DNA of 64,000 bases from Lama guanicoe (Eukaryota), in assembly GCA_013239625.1 (NCBI GenBank), contig MU054187.1, forward strand, positions 21,393,280 through 21,457,279, given 5' to 3'. Of this stretch, positions 13,063-25,800 are shown piece by piece (the first letter of the stretch is position 1; every line of letters starts with the position of its first letter). Under the pieces are notes generated by a model. The model made no database searches. It saw only the letters and a program-made list of their open reading frames with translations, and had not been told where the DNA came from. Position numbers and translations under genes: made by a program.

Positions 13063-14994
13063 AGAGTAATGCATATTAAACTCTTAGAAAAGAGCCTGAC
13101 AACTAATGTGAACTCCCTAAATGAATGTCAGCTCTTATTAAACCCCCGTGTTTACTCCAAGTGACAGGTCCCAGCAAACATTGTTTTGTTGATTTCAGTA
13201 CATTACTAGTGACATTATAGTGACCCTTTTACGTTAAGTCTTAAGCAGCTACTCATTGCATTGACCCTTAATTCAGTCCTAAAATCACACTGGTCTAGTT
13301 CTCAGCAAGATGCTCTCAACACAACTATATAAGTCATGTGGTGTCCCTAAATGTCACCTGTACTTGTCCTCATTTGGCTAAAGTTTACTCATTTCTAAAA
13401 CGGGGGTAGGGATAGCTTAGTAACAGAACTGTTATGAAGATTAGTTATACAATATATATTTAGCCCAGTGCTTGACACGTAGCACATAATCTTTCTTCTC
13501 TGTGCACATGCGTATGCGCGTGCACACACACAAGCTCAGTTCCTCCCTCCCTTTCTCCCTCCCTCCCCCCTCTTCCTTGCTTTCTTGTTTGCATTTATGG
13601 TACTATTACTGTTAAAAAGGCATTTCCTCTTCTTAACTTTGCTAGGTACATTCATTTCAAACCAGTTCCTTCCACCAGCAAAGGAAAAAATGTTGATATA
13701 TCATTTGATTTTAGACGAGAACTCATCCATCCTAATTTATCAGCATTCACTGAATTTGTGTTCACATATGGAGTGTTAAGACTGATCCAGTTAAAGGAAG
13801 GCATATTGCAGGGGAGGAGATTGGGAGATAGTTTATCAATCAAGTGATACTTCTTTTGACCTCTGAAATTGCAGGCATAAAGCTGATTTTGAAGGCAAAA
13901 CAATTTTATCCAGTCTGGATTTTTGAAGAGGGTGGGGGAAAAAAAAAAGAATGACATGCCGTCACCCATCCTCTGGTCACTTTCTCTTTCGTCCGTTATC
14001 ATGTCTACATTCTTTCTCCCCATTCTTTTGGCTGAAAGTCTCCCAGATTCTGCTTTCACTAAAACCCCTCCACTCCCTCAGCCCCTGCCCTGCCTTTCTC
14101 TCATCTTTCTACCTCTGCTGCAACATGGTACCCATGAATTTGGCCTTAATTTATCAGGTATTTTTGAGATCCCCAATTTTGACGATTTAAAACTTAGGAT
14201 TTAAGCCACTGGCGCCAGATATAAATTCAAGAGTGGATGCTGTATATGCCCTGAGGTGAGGAAAGTAATGTAAGGAGACGGTGAGGTGGAAAGTCCCATA
14301 TGGAACCCAAGAAAGTCACCTTTGGTACAAGGTGCCCCCAACATTGATACGTATGAGTCAGGAAATCTGTTTTAACCTGTATCTGAGCATATGTGATGCT
14401 GATTGAGGCTGCATACCTGAATGACGTTAATGAGATTGTTATATGGTCTCTGAAAAAAATGTTCAGATTGATGTTAATTTTAGATAATGAAGAACTAACA
14501 ATGTGAAAAGAGAAAAGCGACTAATTTGATGGTACCATGTACTCTTGTTAAAATTAATGTCATTTGTGTCAATACATTGTTAGGCTATTTCTGCCCAATA
14601 ATCATTAATGACATGTCTCGTCATATCATAAATATATATACCACGGATGTCGGGCAAACTCTGTTTTAATTTTGTTTCATTGTAGCGGGGTTTATGTTTG
14701 TTAGTCTTATGGGATGAGTAATTTTCATGAAGAAGAACTTCCTTGGTTGTGATTTTTGTTTCAGTCAATTTAAAATATATCTTCATACCTCTGAGAAAAA
14801 ACAATTTCATCCAAATCAGTGAACTTCCTTCAGACAAATCTTGCGGCCAAAAGATAGACATGAGATGACAAGTATTTGTGTTAAGTAAGAAAGTGATTTT
14901 CATCAGTAGAGATGACTTTGGCTATTGTACTGATTCATTGAAAAGTAATCTGTGATCATGTTGTTTTGTATAATTTAAATTTCTTCATTAAAAG

Positions 14995-15250
14995 TCATTT
15001 ATTCAGCAGATATTTACTGAAAGCCTACTTTGTGCCGGGCACCGATCTGTCCTCTGGATGTACATCTCTGAAGGAAAGCAAGCCCTGCCCTCTGGAAGCT
15101 TACGTTCTAGTGGACAGAGATGAACAGGAGAAAAACAAACCAGTGAATTACAGATTGTGTCAGGTGATCACAAGGTGCTATGGAGGAAAATTAAGCAAGT
15201 AAGGGGTTGTGGGACATAAGGTGTATTATATGTCATTCAGAAAAGACCTA
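14995..15250 (+). mobile_element. L2 remnant (3' end, read in reverse orientation to the L2 consensus)
   Basis: catttattcagcagatatttactgaaagcctactttgtgccgggcacc...ccctgccctctggaagcttacgttctagtgg...aaggtgctatggaggaaaa, typical L2 3'-end phrases. Confidence 0.7.
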
Positions 15251-16499
15251 CTTATTTTACTTTTTGAAATATTTTAATGTCACTATTATAGAAAACACAA
15301 GGGGAATTCTCCTGGTGTCTCATGTTGCATGAAGGTAAATACAGATCCTGATTACGCCTTATAGATAGAACCGTGGTGATCTTTGACAAAGAGTCTTCCT
15401 AAACAGTAGTTTGTTAGTCCAAAGTCAAAGGAAACGGGAGAGGAAGACTGCTAAAAACTTGTTCAAATGCTATTCTTGGCATCTGTGACTAGGAAATGCA
15501 GTAATTACTTAAGTACAAAAATATTCATGACATTCAAATAATCCTTCTATTAAAAAGAGCTGTGGTGACACTTACCTCTTCCTGTCAGTGAGTAGCCTGG
15601 GTTTGCTAACACTAAAAAAGAATTCTGGCAGTGGAAAATGTCTTCTGTTTTTGGCTGGAAGATGAATGTTTATGTGTAATCAAGGATTCTTATTACATTG
15701 AAATTCTGCACGGAGGTATAAAGCCTTCTGGATTTTCAATAAAAACTGCACTTCGGACACCCTAATGAGCACATAAAGGAGATTTGGGGTCATACACTCT
15801 GGTGGGGTGTTTGAGAGAGGCAGCACCCCTGAGCTTCTGCAGGATGCCAGGCAGGGGTCTCAGAGCAAGAGTTGTACTTTGCATGTAGACAAACAAAGAC
15901 AAAGCTTCCATGGTGTCCAGTCGAAGTGACAACGTACAGATAAGGACATGGCCAAAATACAGTGAAAACAGAGGTCTGAGGACTAGGACGAGAGAGAGCG
16001 AGGTGAAGGCGGGGGAAGCTACATAAAAGGGCTTCTTTCTGGAGGGGACAGAGTGCATACATAGCACAGAGTAGGCACTCACTAAGCCTGAGAACCTACT
16101 GCGTGTCCCTCTCTACTAGGAAGATACAACACCCGGAGATACAATGTGAAAACATGCAATTCTTGCTTTGCCTGAGAAGCAGTCCATTTAGAGAAACAGA
16201 CAAAACTACCAGCGATCATCGCTTTCGTAAATGAACACACAGAGTGCACTGGGAGCTCGAGTAGGAAAGAATTCAGTAGTTTCAAAATAACATACAAATC
16301 TAAATATTCTAGGCTGGCAAAAAAGAGATACGTACCCAGAGGACAGTTTCTAATTTCTGTAAATATCAAACAGGGTTTCTCATGTATGTCATGTTTAGAT
16401 TCTCAGTTTTACTGTCCTTGCTAAATCTGTGAATCCATTCTTAATTCACCACTGCTTTGAGCACAGCACTTTGATAGTGGAGATTTTATTAGAGAACTT

Positions 16500-16557
16500 A
16501 ACTGCTAGCAGTTGGGGGGAGGTGAGGGAAATACAATTTGCTCTGGGAGATTTGCAT
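16500..16557 (+). promoter_or_regulatory. Putative internal promoter elements upstream of the alternative first exon
   Basis: Perfect 14-bp palindrome aactgctagcagtt (16500-16513) and octamer ATTTGCAT (16550-16557) just upstream of the exon; motif-level evidence only. Confidence 0.35.
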
Positions 16558-16746
16558 TAGATAGAGTAGTCACAGTAGCATCTCCCCTGTAATTTTATGA
16601 GAATGGTATTACCCTGGCTTTCGCTGTGTGATTGCTGGTTACCTTCTGTCAGTGAGCAACAGTCTTGCTGCAAAGCAGGGGCACAACCCGTCTCTTTGTC
16701 TCCGTGGTCAAAGCTATCACTTCTTAGAAAGTCGGATTTTTTCAGA

Positions 16747-16783
16747 ATGACCATGTACAGGAGCAAACGCAGACATCAGAGAT
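16747..16783 (+). CDS. RALYL: Coding part of an alternative first exon of RALY RNA-binding protein-like (N-terminus MTMYRSKRRHQR + phase-1 T)
   Basis: ATG 16747 to AGA T followed by consensus donor GTAAGT (16784-16789). The peptide matches my recollection of the short RALYL isoform start MTMYKSKRRHQRY-INMAGEPK. The phase-1 T plus AT from the next exon would give Y-I-N-M, fitting the canonical D|INMAG junction. The downstream exon is not in this window. Confidence 0.78.
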
Positions 16784-17090
16784 GTAAGTAAATTCTGACC
16801 CAACTTTTTCATGTGAATGACTGTGGTGGGAGAAACAGACTTGATTTCTTAAAAGACTAATCATGACTTTGATATATCCTGGTAGTAGAAAAGATGCTGT
16901 AGCTTTTTTCACCCTAACCTGTATCTTTATCCCTGTTATATGCTTGAAAGATGTTGTGGGGGGAAAGGGGCTAATTCACTTGTTACTATGGAAACCTTTG
17001 GAAAGGTTTACAGAATCAACAGAGAAACAGATCAAATGTAATTTCAGTCTAGCTCAGCACCCTTCATACAGGCAGCTTCACTGGATAGTT

Positions 17091-17112
17091 TCTCTCTCTC
17101 TCTCTCTCTCTC
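17091..17112. repeat. (CT)n microsatellite
   Basis: Directly visible. Confidence 0.9.
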
Positions 17113-20111
17113 TTTTGCTTTTTCAGGAGTGATAGGTTTTCTTTCCTAGAAGTCTATCGATAGCTTTGGGAATCTAGCCTAAAACTTCTATTTATGTATC
17201 CAATTTTAATAACTCTCGGGAGAAATAAAATAGTTCAGAATGGAGGGGAGAGAGTTAATCGTGAATGACAAGTGGAATATTTCACAGGATATTCATTGCC
17301 AAACTTCTTGGTCCAGAGCATATTGGTAACATAATTCACCACAGGCACCGTTTCAAAGGGTTAAAAGGAGTCATGTGTCATCTACCCTAAAGGGGACTGA
17401 TTCTGACTGAAAGAAGCACCCTGGCCTAAAGTCCAGGACAAAGCTGATTATGGAACTGAAAGCCATTAGGGTTTAGCTCAAAATCAAAGAGCCTTGTAAT
17501 AAAACTGTGTTTCATGGTAAAGCAATATGCCTGTCACGGACAGCTTTCCAATCACATCTCTCTCCGGTAAGCCCGACTCGTTATCACTTTATCTCTTCTG
17601 TGGTTTAAAGCAATTATCACATTTAGCCCAGTGTGTCCTGTCACTGACTCTGTTGGTCATCTTAGACGCGTAACTACAACTTGTTCTACAAGCAAAACCT
17701 ACACTTCTTCATAATGTCTATGTCTTTAGATGTCACCAAATATTTTAAAACATAGAAAGACTGTCAGCAACAACTATTTCATCAAAAGGCCAAAATATGA
17801 TAGAACTGTGATTTTTTAAAGAGTGATGTGATCTTTTTTTTTCTTATCCATTTTCCACATAAGACCTAAACACTAACAATTCTCTTGTTCAAAGAAGTTT
17901 TTTATGCACCACAGAAAGCTCTGAAGGACAGGAGTGCCAGTTTGATTTTATTTGCCTGATTGCCTTTGATGCTACTTCCTTCTTGTGACTGAGAAACAAC
18001 AGATAATAATTGCTACTTTTTTAATAAAGATGATGGGGGGCAAAATCTACAAATACATTACTGATTAATTCCCTTGTGATTTCCTCCCACAAGAATGAAT
18101 CTAAATTATGTGTGTACTTGAAAACCATCTTGCACCTACCTTTGCTCCAGTATCTTTTGTACACCCCCTCATTTTTTCCATGTGAGTAATCATTGCCTTA
18201 ATGTACATGACAAATAAAAGATTCACAGAAAAATTGTACTGAGTCTCTCCCCCTAAAACATGCTTGCTAAAGTCTGCAATTAAGCAGCAGGAAGAAATTG
18301 TGAATTACATGAGACAAGTCAGAAGATGTATAATTATACAGGATGAACACAGTAGGGTGTACTGAATGGCTTGTTAAAAAAAAACAAAACTAATGTGTTA
18401 CTTATGGTTAATTGTATCAGCTAGCTGTATTACATTGCGTTAACTATTTCTATATTCTAATCATATAAAATATCGGAGAGCAAGAATATAATAAAGTTAA
18501 AGTACATAGAAAGCTTAGCAATAAAACCGAATAGAATCCTTCAGTGAATTTCTTTCTCACACTAACAATATTTGCAAAAGTGGAATGTAATACAATCATT
18601 TGCTATCTAATGGGGACATAAAGATATCTGAATTAGCCCATCACCAAAATCTAGTGCATCTCCATTTTCAATCATATCTTTTATGTGTGTGTTTTTGATC
18701 ACGTAAAAAGCACAAACTAACTTAGAGGCAACTGTAATCCAATTAAAGCAATAATTGCATACACAACAAATCTCAATGTGGGCAAAAAGGAAATTGTTCT
18801 CATGATTTTTTTTTTACAAAGGAAAAGTACATCAATAAACTTTCTAATATCCTCATTCTCTAACAATTTAATATCTTATCCTGTAGCAAAAATAATACAA
18901 CTTTCTTTTAGAGGACCCAACAGGAGGAATGGGGAAGGTGTACCTGGTTGTGCCAGGGGTTTGCAGAGAGAGAGCAAAAATACCTGTAGAAGAAATTTTA
19001 AAGTGTAAATTCCACTAAACCTTTGAAAATTCATGGGGGACTTTGAAATCCATCCCTCACTCCTGTCTACGTTGGTTATTTATAACCCCCTCTAGAGGAG
19101 GAGGAGGAGAGGAAAGAATACTACCCTTTTCCTTGCTTTTGATGAAGCAATTGTTATGGAAAAGGAAACAGCTTCAGGGTTCATTCGCTGGCAGATTTTA
19201 CCTGTGCATAACTGCATGACGACTTTCAATTAGATACAGAATTTGTTGAGTGCTATTAAAAAGCATCGGACTTTAATTTTGATTTAGCCAAACAGGTAGA
19301 AACTATTTTAAGGAACTCTAATACAGGTAAATTTGTGTTTAGAAATTAGGTTGAGGCAAAATCATCATTAGTATAAATAACTTTGGCCTTTGGCCTTTAA
19401 GGACTGAATTTTTTATACCTATTACATCGATCTATTTATTAGAATGTGCAGCTTATATTTAAATTTTCAAAAATCCATATCATGTATATAAAAGGGTCTA
19501 CCTGTAATCCCCCTTCCTGAAATTCCAAGTGACCTTGAGAAAACGTTTTGGGGATTTTTATGAGGCATAGAGATAAATTCTTAAAGATGAATATGTTTTT
19601 GAAATACAGATTTAAGAGAGAAACTAGGGTAGATCCTCATGTTAGACACAGAATTTGAAAATACTACAATCCTTGTACTACAGGAGAGAAAACTGTGCAC
19701 GCCTAATTTTAGGTGCTTAACACTTTATCTTAGTTTACTAAGCAGGAATAATAATTCATTTCTGATGGCAAATGATATGTTTGGGTGATTTTATCCATCT
19801 TGTTATGGAAAAACTTGAGGCGATCACTTCAGGAACCTAAATACTTGTCATAGTTCTCTGCTTGTAATCTCGGCCCATGTCTGCTCCCTCTGTGGGTTGC
19901 AATTTCTTCTACAACTTCAGCAGACTACACGAAGATGTTCGCTAAGGTGTCTTCCATCTCCAACCCTCAGTGCTTTCACAACATAGACCTCATCGTGCAA
20001 TGGTCCTACTCAAAAGTGTGTGAGAAGTTCTCCTTGACTAGAAACTGTGGCTCCAGGCCCATGGGCTTCATGTGACCATGGATTTACTCCAAGAGGCCCT
20101 GGCGTGCATAT

Positions 20112-20385
20112 GAATGTTCTCAAACTGCTTGTATAAGGATGAAAACTACCTAGATACACCCACAGGTATACCACATACACATCCATAGATACACATACGC
20201 TATCTTTGGCTTCTAATGAAAACGAATGTATTTCAAAGGTGGTACTAAATTTTTAATCTCTTTTAATGCCATATGTTTTACATTTTATTTTACTATTTTA
20301 CATTTTAGTATATCACACAGGGATCTCATTGTGTTTCAATGTTTTTAAAACATGTTCTCATATTGTCAAATATTGGGAATCACTG
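20112..20385. mobile_element. Probable hAT-Charlie-type non-autonomous DNA transposon remnant
   Basis: Degenerate terminal inverted ends gaatgttctcaaact ... ttgggaatcactg, resembling the Charlie TIR cagtggttcccaa. Confidence 0.4.
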
Positions 20386-20879
20386 GCGTAGAAAATGAAA
20401 TGCAAACATGACCTTTTAACACAGGCATTTACATCATTGTCACTCACTGTAGACTTCCTTCCTGACACTATGTTCTGGTCTTTACCAGGCTACTGGATTA
20501 CCCCCCAAGTTCATCATATATTCTCTTATCTCTGTGTCTCTTCCTATAAATCTGCCTGTTGGTGGCTGGCCTTCAGTTGCATCTTCATGCATAGAAATCA
20601 TCTCTGGTCAAGGTTTCACTCAAATGTCATATCCTTCATAAAAGTTCCCCCCAGTTTTCCAAGTCAAATTTATCTTCTTCTTCTCTCTTTTCAAGATGCT
20701 ATATTGTAATTTTATTTACACTTTCTATATTCTGTCATACACATTCAAAATTATTCCTTTATTTCACTAATCTAAGGGTTTTTTTTTATGTGAAGTACCT
20801 TTTATTCTTGCTTGAAGCATTCTCAGAGCATAAGGCAATGTTTTGCCCATAACAATCCATCACTTTCTAATAAAGTTTA

Positions 20880-21320
20880 TTTATTGAAAGAAATATGTAT
20901 TGACCACCTGTTATATTACCTTCCAGACACTGCTCTAGTGCTTTGGCTGTAGCAATGAGCAAAACCAAATTTTATTGGAGAAGAGATGATGACACACAAA
21001 TAAATATACAATCTGTCATGTGATGCTAAGTACTATGGAGAAAAATAGAGCAAGAAAGGTGGAAAGGGAGTTTTGGAGGTGGGGCGGAGACTTGCTGCTT
21101 TCTCTAGGGTAGTCAGGAAAAGCCAAGGTGACTAAAGTAACATTTGATCAGACACGCAAAGGAAATGAGAGACTAAACTCTGCTTCCTGGATAGTTCAGG
21201 CAGAAACAGCATGTGCAAAGTCCCTGTGGTAGTTGGGATAAAGGAGGACCACAAAGGAGGCAATAAGTAGAGTTAATGAAAAGATGTGTGGTCAAAAAAG
21301 CATCAGGGGCATTGGATGGC
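20880..21320 (+). mobile_element. L2 remnant (reverse orientation to consensus)
   Basis: aatatgtattgaccacctg...ccagacactgctctagtgc...aagtactatggagaaaaatagagc...agggtagtcaggaaaag...aacagcatgtgcaaagtccctgtgg. Confidence 0.7.
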
Positions 21321-22430
21321 TAGAGTAAGACATAGAATTAAATGGAATGGCATACGTTATATTTAACTAAATTGAGATATAAGATATATTTTCTAACTTT
21401 GAAGAAACACTATACTTCTAAATGACCCATGAAATATTTGTATTAAAATGACAATTATAAGAATGCTTTAAAATCATTACACTTCCTACTAGGCAAGGCA
21501 TCCAGTCATTAATTGGAAGAGAATCAAACTGTGCTCATCCAGAGGTCAGAAAAATATTATTTGAACAAGAATACTTTCTGATTTGTCTTCTTATCAATAT
21601 CTTTGAGTTCTTTATGTGTTAACAGTCTCTTTAAAAATTTTGCTATGAGGAAAGAAATAAATTCAAAGTTTAATAGAATTGTTGTAAGGCGTCTTAAGTC
21701 ATGGGCTGAAAGAGACAAGACAGCTGTCCTCTCTCGAGGACACCAGTAAATTCAATCCTTGATTTCTCTGTTATTGATGCTTATTGGGAATTCTGCTCTG
21801 ACACCTGAAATTTCTCCAGTCTTTTTTTTTTTCTCTCAAGTTCCTAACATCATTTCTATAACTGCTGTGGATTGAGAATGTGACTTTATACGTTCCTCCA
21901 TGGAATCACATCTGCATGGATAGAATCAGGATGGGCTGACTGAGCATGCTTAGTGGGACCACAGTTGCCTGTTGGAAGCAGAGATGTGCAAAGGCTGAGT
22001 GGTAACACCCTTGAAACAGATCAGGCAATATGGAAATACATATTGGTCTGCCCACACCCTTAATCATTTGCATTGCTTTTACAGGCTCCAGCCTGCGACT
22101 GGTTCCGCCTGCAGGAATACTTATTCACCCCTCCCCCACCCCACCCCCATCTACTCCATGTGTTTTTCCATTTAAGCAATGCTCCACAAAGTCAAAGGTC
22201 ACTTTTGTACATTTTCTTTTAACTTATCTACAATCAGAAAACAACTGGGCTATCATACATCACCTGCTCTTTTAGTTTCTCCCTTCTAAGAATCCGTGCT
22301 GCCCTTATATCTAGACCTACATAAAAACCATGGCATTGACTCTGCCTCATGTTGTTCAGGTAAATAAACGTCCTCTAGCGAATGGCATTTGTCTCTCAAA
22401 GAACGTTACAGTGGGAAGTAATGTCGCAGA

Positions 22431-22516
22431 TTAGTATTTAATGGAGATGCTGGGGTTTGTACCCAGGACCTTGTGCATGCTAAGCCGGCACTCTACCACT
22501 TGAGCTACACCCTCCC
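22431..22516 (-). mobile_element. vic-1-type tRNA-Ala SINE (short, tail largely missing)
   Basis: Reverse complement of SINE head: atggagatgctggggtttgtacccaggaccttgtgcatgctaagc...ctctaccacttgagctacaccctccc. Confidence 0.8.
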
Positions 22517-22780
22517 TCTGTGGGTTTGTGTTTACTGACCACAAATGATACATGTGTGGCAGCCAGACTCTTAGCAAAATAAGATTGGTGTTAGAGTAGA
22601 TATAAATGCAGCTTTTGAAGATACTGTCATGAATGCAGGGTTTTTTGCATGAGAAGATGACCATTCAAAAGCACTGATGGGTAGTGGGAAAATACAGGAA
22701 GTGGTCTGTGGCATATGTTTGGAAACTTAGCAACTTTCTTAAAAATCATAACCTGGTGTAATTTCTGGACAGTCTATCTA

Positions 22781-22848
22781 TTTGGTTGAGCCATATTAAA
22801 TTGTCATTTTTGTAAGTCAAATGGCAGTTTCACATTGTTAAATCTAAA
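22781..22848. mobile_element. MADE2-like mariner MITE
   Basis: About 70-bp imperfect palindrome tttggttgagccatattaaattgtca...tggcagtttcacattgttaaatctaaa flanked by TA on both sides (22779-80, 22849-50). Confidence 0.7.
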
Positions 22849-25800
22849 TACCAGTTACTACACAAGTTGGCAAAAAAAAAAAAGGTTGAGGGGAAGGTAG
22901 ATAAAAAGTCATCACACCAACACAGGCTGCCATTAAAAGTCAAGGACATTTATGATTAAGCTAAGGATGAGTATTTGATATACAAAAAAACCAGAATTAA
23001 GTAAGAGAATGTATTCACTTGTGTTCCTTATGATATGTAAGGTTAAACCTACAGAGAAACGGTATTCAGCCTTGTCAGCATAGATTAACTAATATGACAT
23101 TTTTTGCAAGGGACACATCCAAGTGGGCTTCGAAGGTCATTAAAGCTTTAGAAATTGCCTATCTTCCACCAAACGTAAAATGTTTATTAAAAACCTCGAA
23201 TTTTAATTTTACAAGATTTTATCATTAGAACTTTGCTTTCATCTAAACAGAAAATGGGAGCAATTGTAAGGGAATTAATAACATCAAACGTGATAAAAAT
23301 AACTTTTGACATTTATTGAACTCCTACTATATGCCGAGTCCTGTTTTAAGCATTTTGTTATCCTTGACTAATGTAATTGATGTAGTAGAGCAATAATTCA
23401 ACACGTAAAGGCAGTAATGTAGTAGTCTATGGCACTTTTGATTTTCACTGCAACTTCAAAGTGTTATTTATGATTTTGGTTTCTAATCTCTAGGAAATTG
23501 AACACATAAAGTTAAGTTAAAGGTGAAGGAATAAGCTTATATGTCCCCTGAGGAATCTATGAAATTAACTTAAAAAAGCAAAACAGTTTGATCAATATCC
23601 CTATTCTTTGAATCATTTAAAAACAGAAAAAAAAAAAAGACCCTGAGGAAGTTTTACACGTATATGTACCGATGAAATGTTCACATATGAATGTATTTAC
23701 CTTGTGTGCTGTTTTTTTCTGCAAAAAGATAAAAAGGTTTCCAGAACTTAGAAAAGCAAGATGCTGTGCAGTGATTTAGTAATCCATTGTGAGTCATTAC
23801 ACTCTTCTTGGTCCAGAACACCTAAATTGTTTGGCATAACCTTTTGATTCATTTTCCTTTTTGTAGTTATTGATTTTCTTGGCATTATTTACTGAATTGC
23901 ACTCTCATTCTGTCTATGGGATTTCTGACACCTTTAGTTATAGAGGGCTACATTGTATATGCAGTAATGTTGACTCAGGGTCTTAATGGTCTCTTATCAT
24001 TGGCATTACATTATCTCTAGAACTTCATTTGTATTTTAAAATAATGATAAAATTCACATCTATTTCCTTAAGCTCCTTATAGAGAGTGTGGTGTATATTT
24101 TTGTAATGTTTCATGCCCTGAGCTGCTTTTCATTGGAAAGTATTATATTTTATATTATATGATTCTTCTGACCCTCAGTGAACTTGAAAATGCCTTAGAG
24201 GAACAGCTGGATGTATTTCCTTAAATAAACACACATTGTTCTTCAAATTGCTAGTATCTATCTTCTTAATAGGCTCCACAGGCAATGGAAATTTTGACTT
24301 TGAAGTCACCTCTGCTGGGTTCATGTAGATGTCTGACTACTTTTATACCTTTTTCTCTCCCATAATTGAGAAATGTCTTTCAACTTGTTTGTTTTCAAAT
24401 GTACAGCATATAGGCATAACTTAACCTTTATCTGTACTTCGAGATTATAATATTTTTGGTATTTTATTGTATATGATAATTAAATAGAACATAAAATACA
24501 ATATAAAAATGGCCTGCACCTGTAAATGCATACAGACTACCTGAAACATTTAATTCTCTCTAATGTATAGTGACAGTAATTAATGAGAGGCTGGTTCAGA
24601 ATTAAATAAAAATACACAAAATCAGAAAACATTTATTTTTAATTGGAGTGCAAGGAAAAATTCACTTACTCTTTCACTTAAGTTTTGCTAAAGTAGTAAG
24701 GGGGGAAAATGGTCACTTAAAATTCTTCTCAGCGCTGAATCTGGCCTCCCAGAACTACTTAGATGAAACTAGCCTTTTTCTAATGATCATTTCCAACAAA
24801 GATGATGCACTCAAATTTGATTGATGTGCACAGCGTCTCCCAAAAAGTCTGTAACATTGATGCTTCATGAAAGCGTCTAGAATTTGTTTATGCGCAATTT
24901 AGACAGGAAAAAAAATTCAGATTATTCCCCGTGCCAGTTTTCTAGAACCCAAGCTACAATTTGAGAGAGGATGCTATTTTCAAAGGACATGAAAATGTAC
25001 TCGAAATTGAAAGGAAACCGAACTATTTAAAATTCTTTGAAAATATTCTTTGTTACTTAAATATTTAAGAAAGAAGTTGATAAGCAAGCACAGGAACAAG
25101 GTATAAGAAACTGCGCCACGAAGAGGATAGGTATGTTTGTTGCTAAGATTTTCATTTGGGTTTATGGAAATGGGTTTCTGCACATTGGGACCAAGCTAAG
25201 TTAACCAGTTCTCTTATAATAGAACAGGAGTCTGTCAGGTTAAAGACACTTATTAAGTTATTTCTGTCCTATGGAAACAACCATCTAAGGTACTTGGGGC
25301 AACTACTAATCGTTAGTAATACTATTTCTCCTAGATTACTACTGACAGTAATTAAATCAACCGTTGTAGTGATTTGCCACGCACTTCAAACCCGATTAAG
25401 TAAGTCTGGCCTTGTTTATACGGACATTAAAGGATCAAGTGGTTTGGGGTCTGAAATTCTCAGTGAGTTGCCCACATCATTAAATTTTATCAGTGTTCAC
25501 TTAGGAATAGGTTGTAGGTTATAAGAAATATTTGCTGCAATACTTTTTCCTCCCAAAACAGGTTCTAAATATTGTAGTTTAATGGAGTCACATCAGTTAT
25601 GAAAATATAACTTTATTTTGGGGCCAGGATCATTAAACGTGGAAATGGATAAAGTATGCTGCGATGATGGCTACATCCCACCATCTTTGTTCTATTCACT
25701 GGTGCAGACTGATGCTAAAATACGACTGTCAAACATTCTTTGTCCTTGGAGACTTCCTAGTACAGTGGACATTTTTTACACTTTGCTGTACATTTTAGGT

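Noticed and set aside
15570..15620. Minus-strand donor GAG|GTAAGT with a frame reading NPGYSLTG, similar to a sushi/CCP motif
   Set aside because: Lacks the conserved cysteine, in-frame stop shortly upstream, no other sushi-like exons
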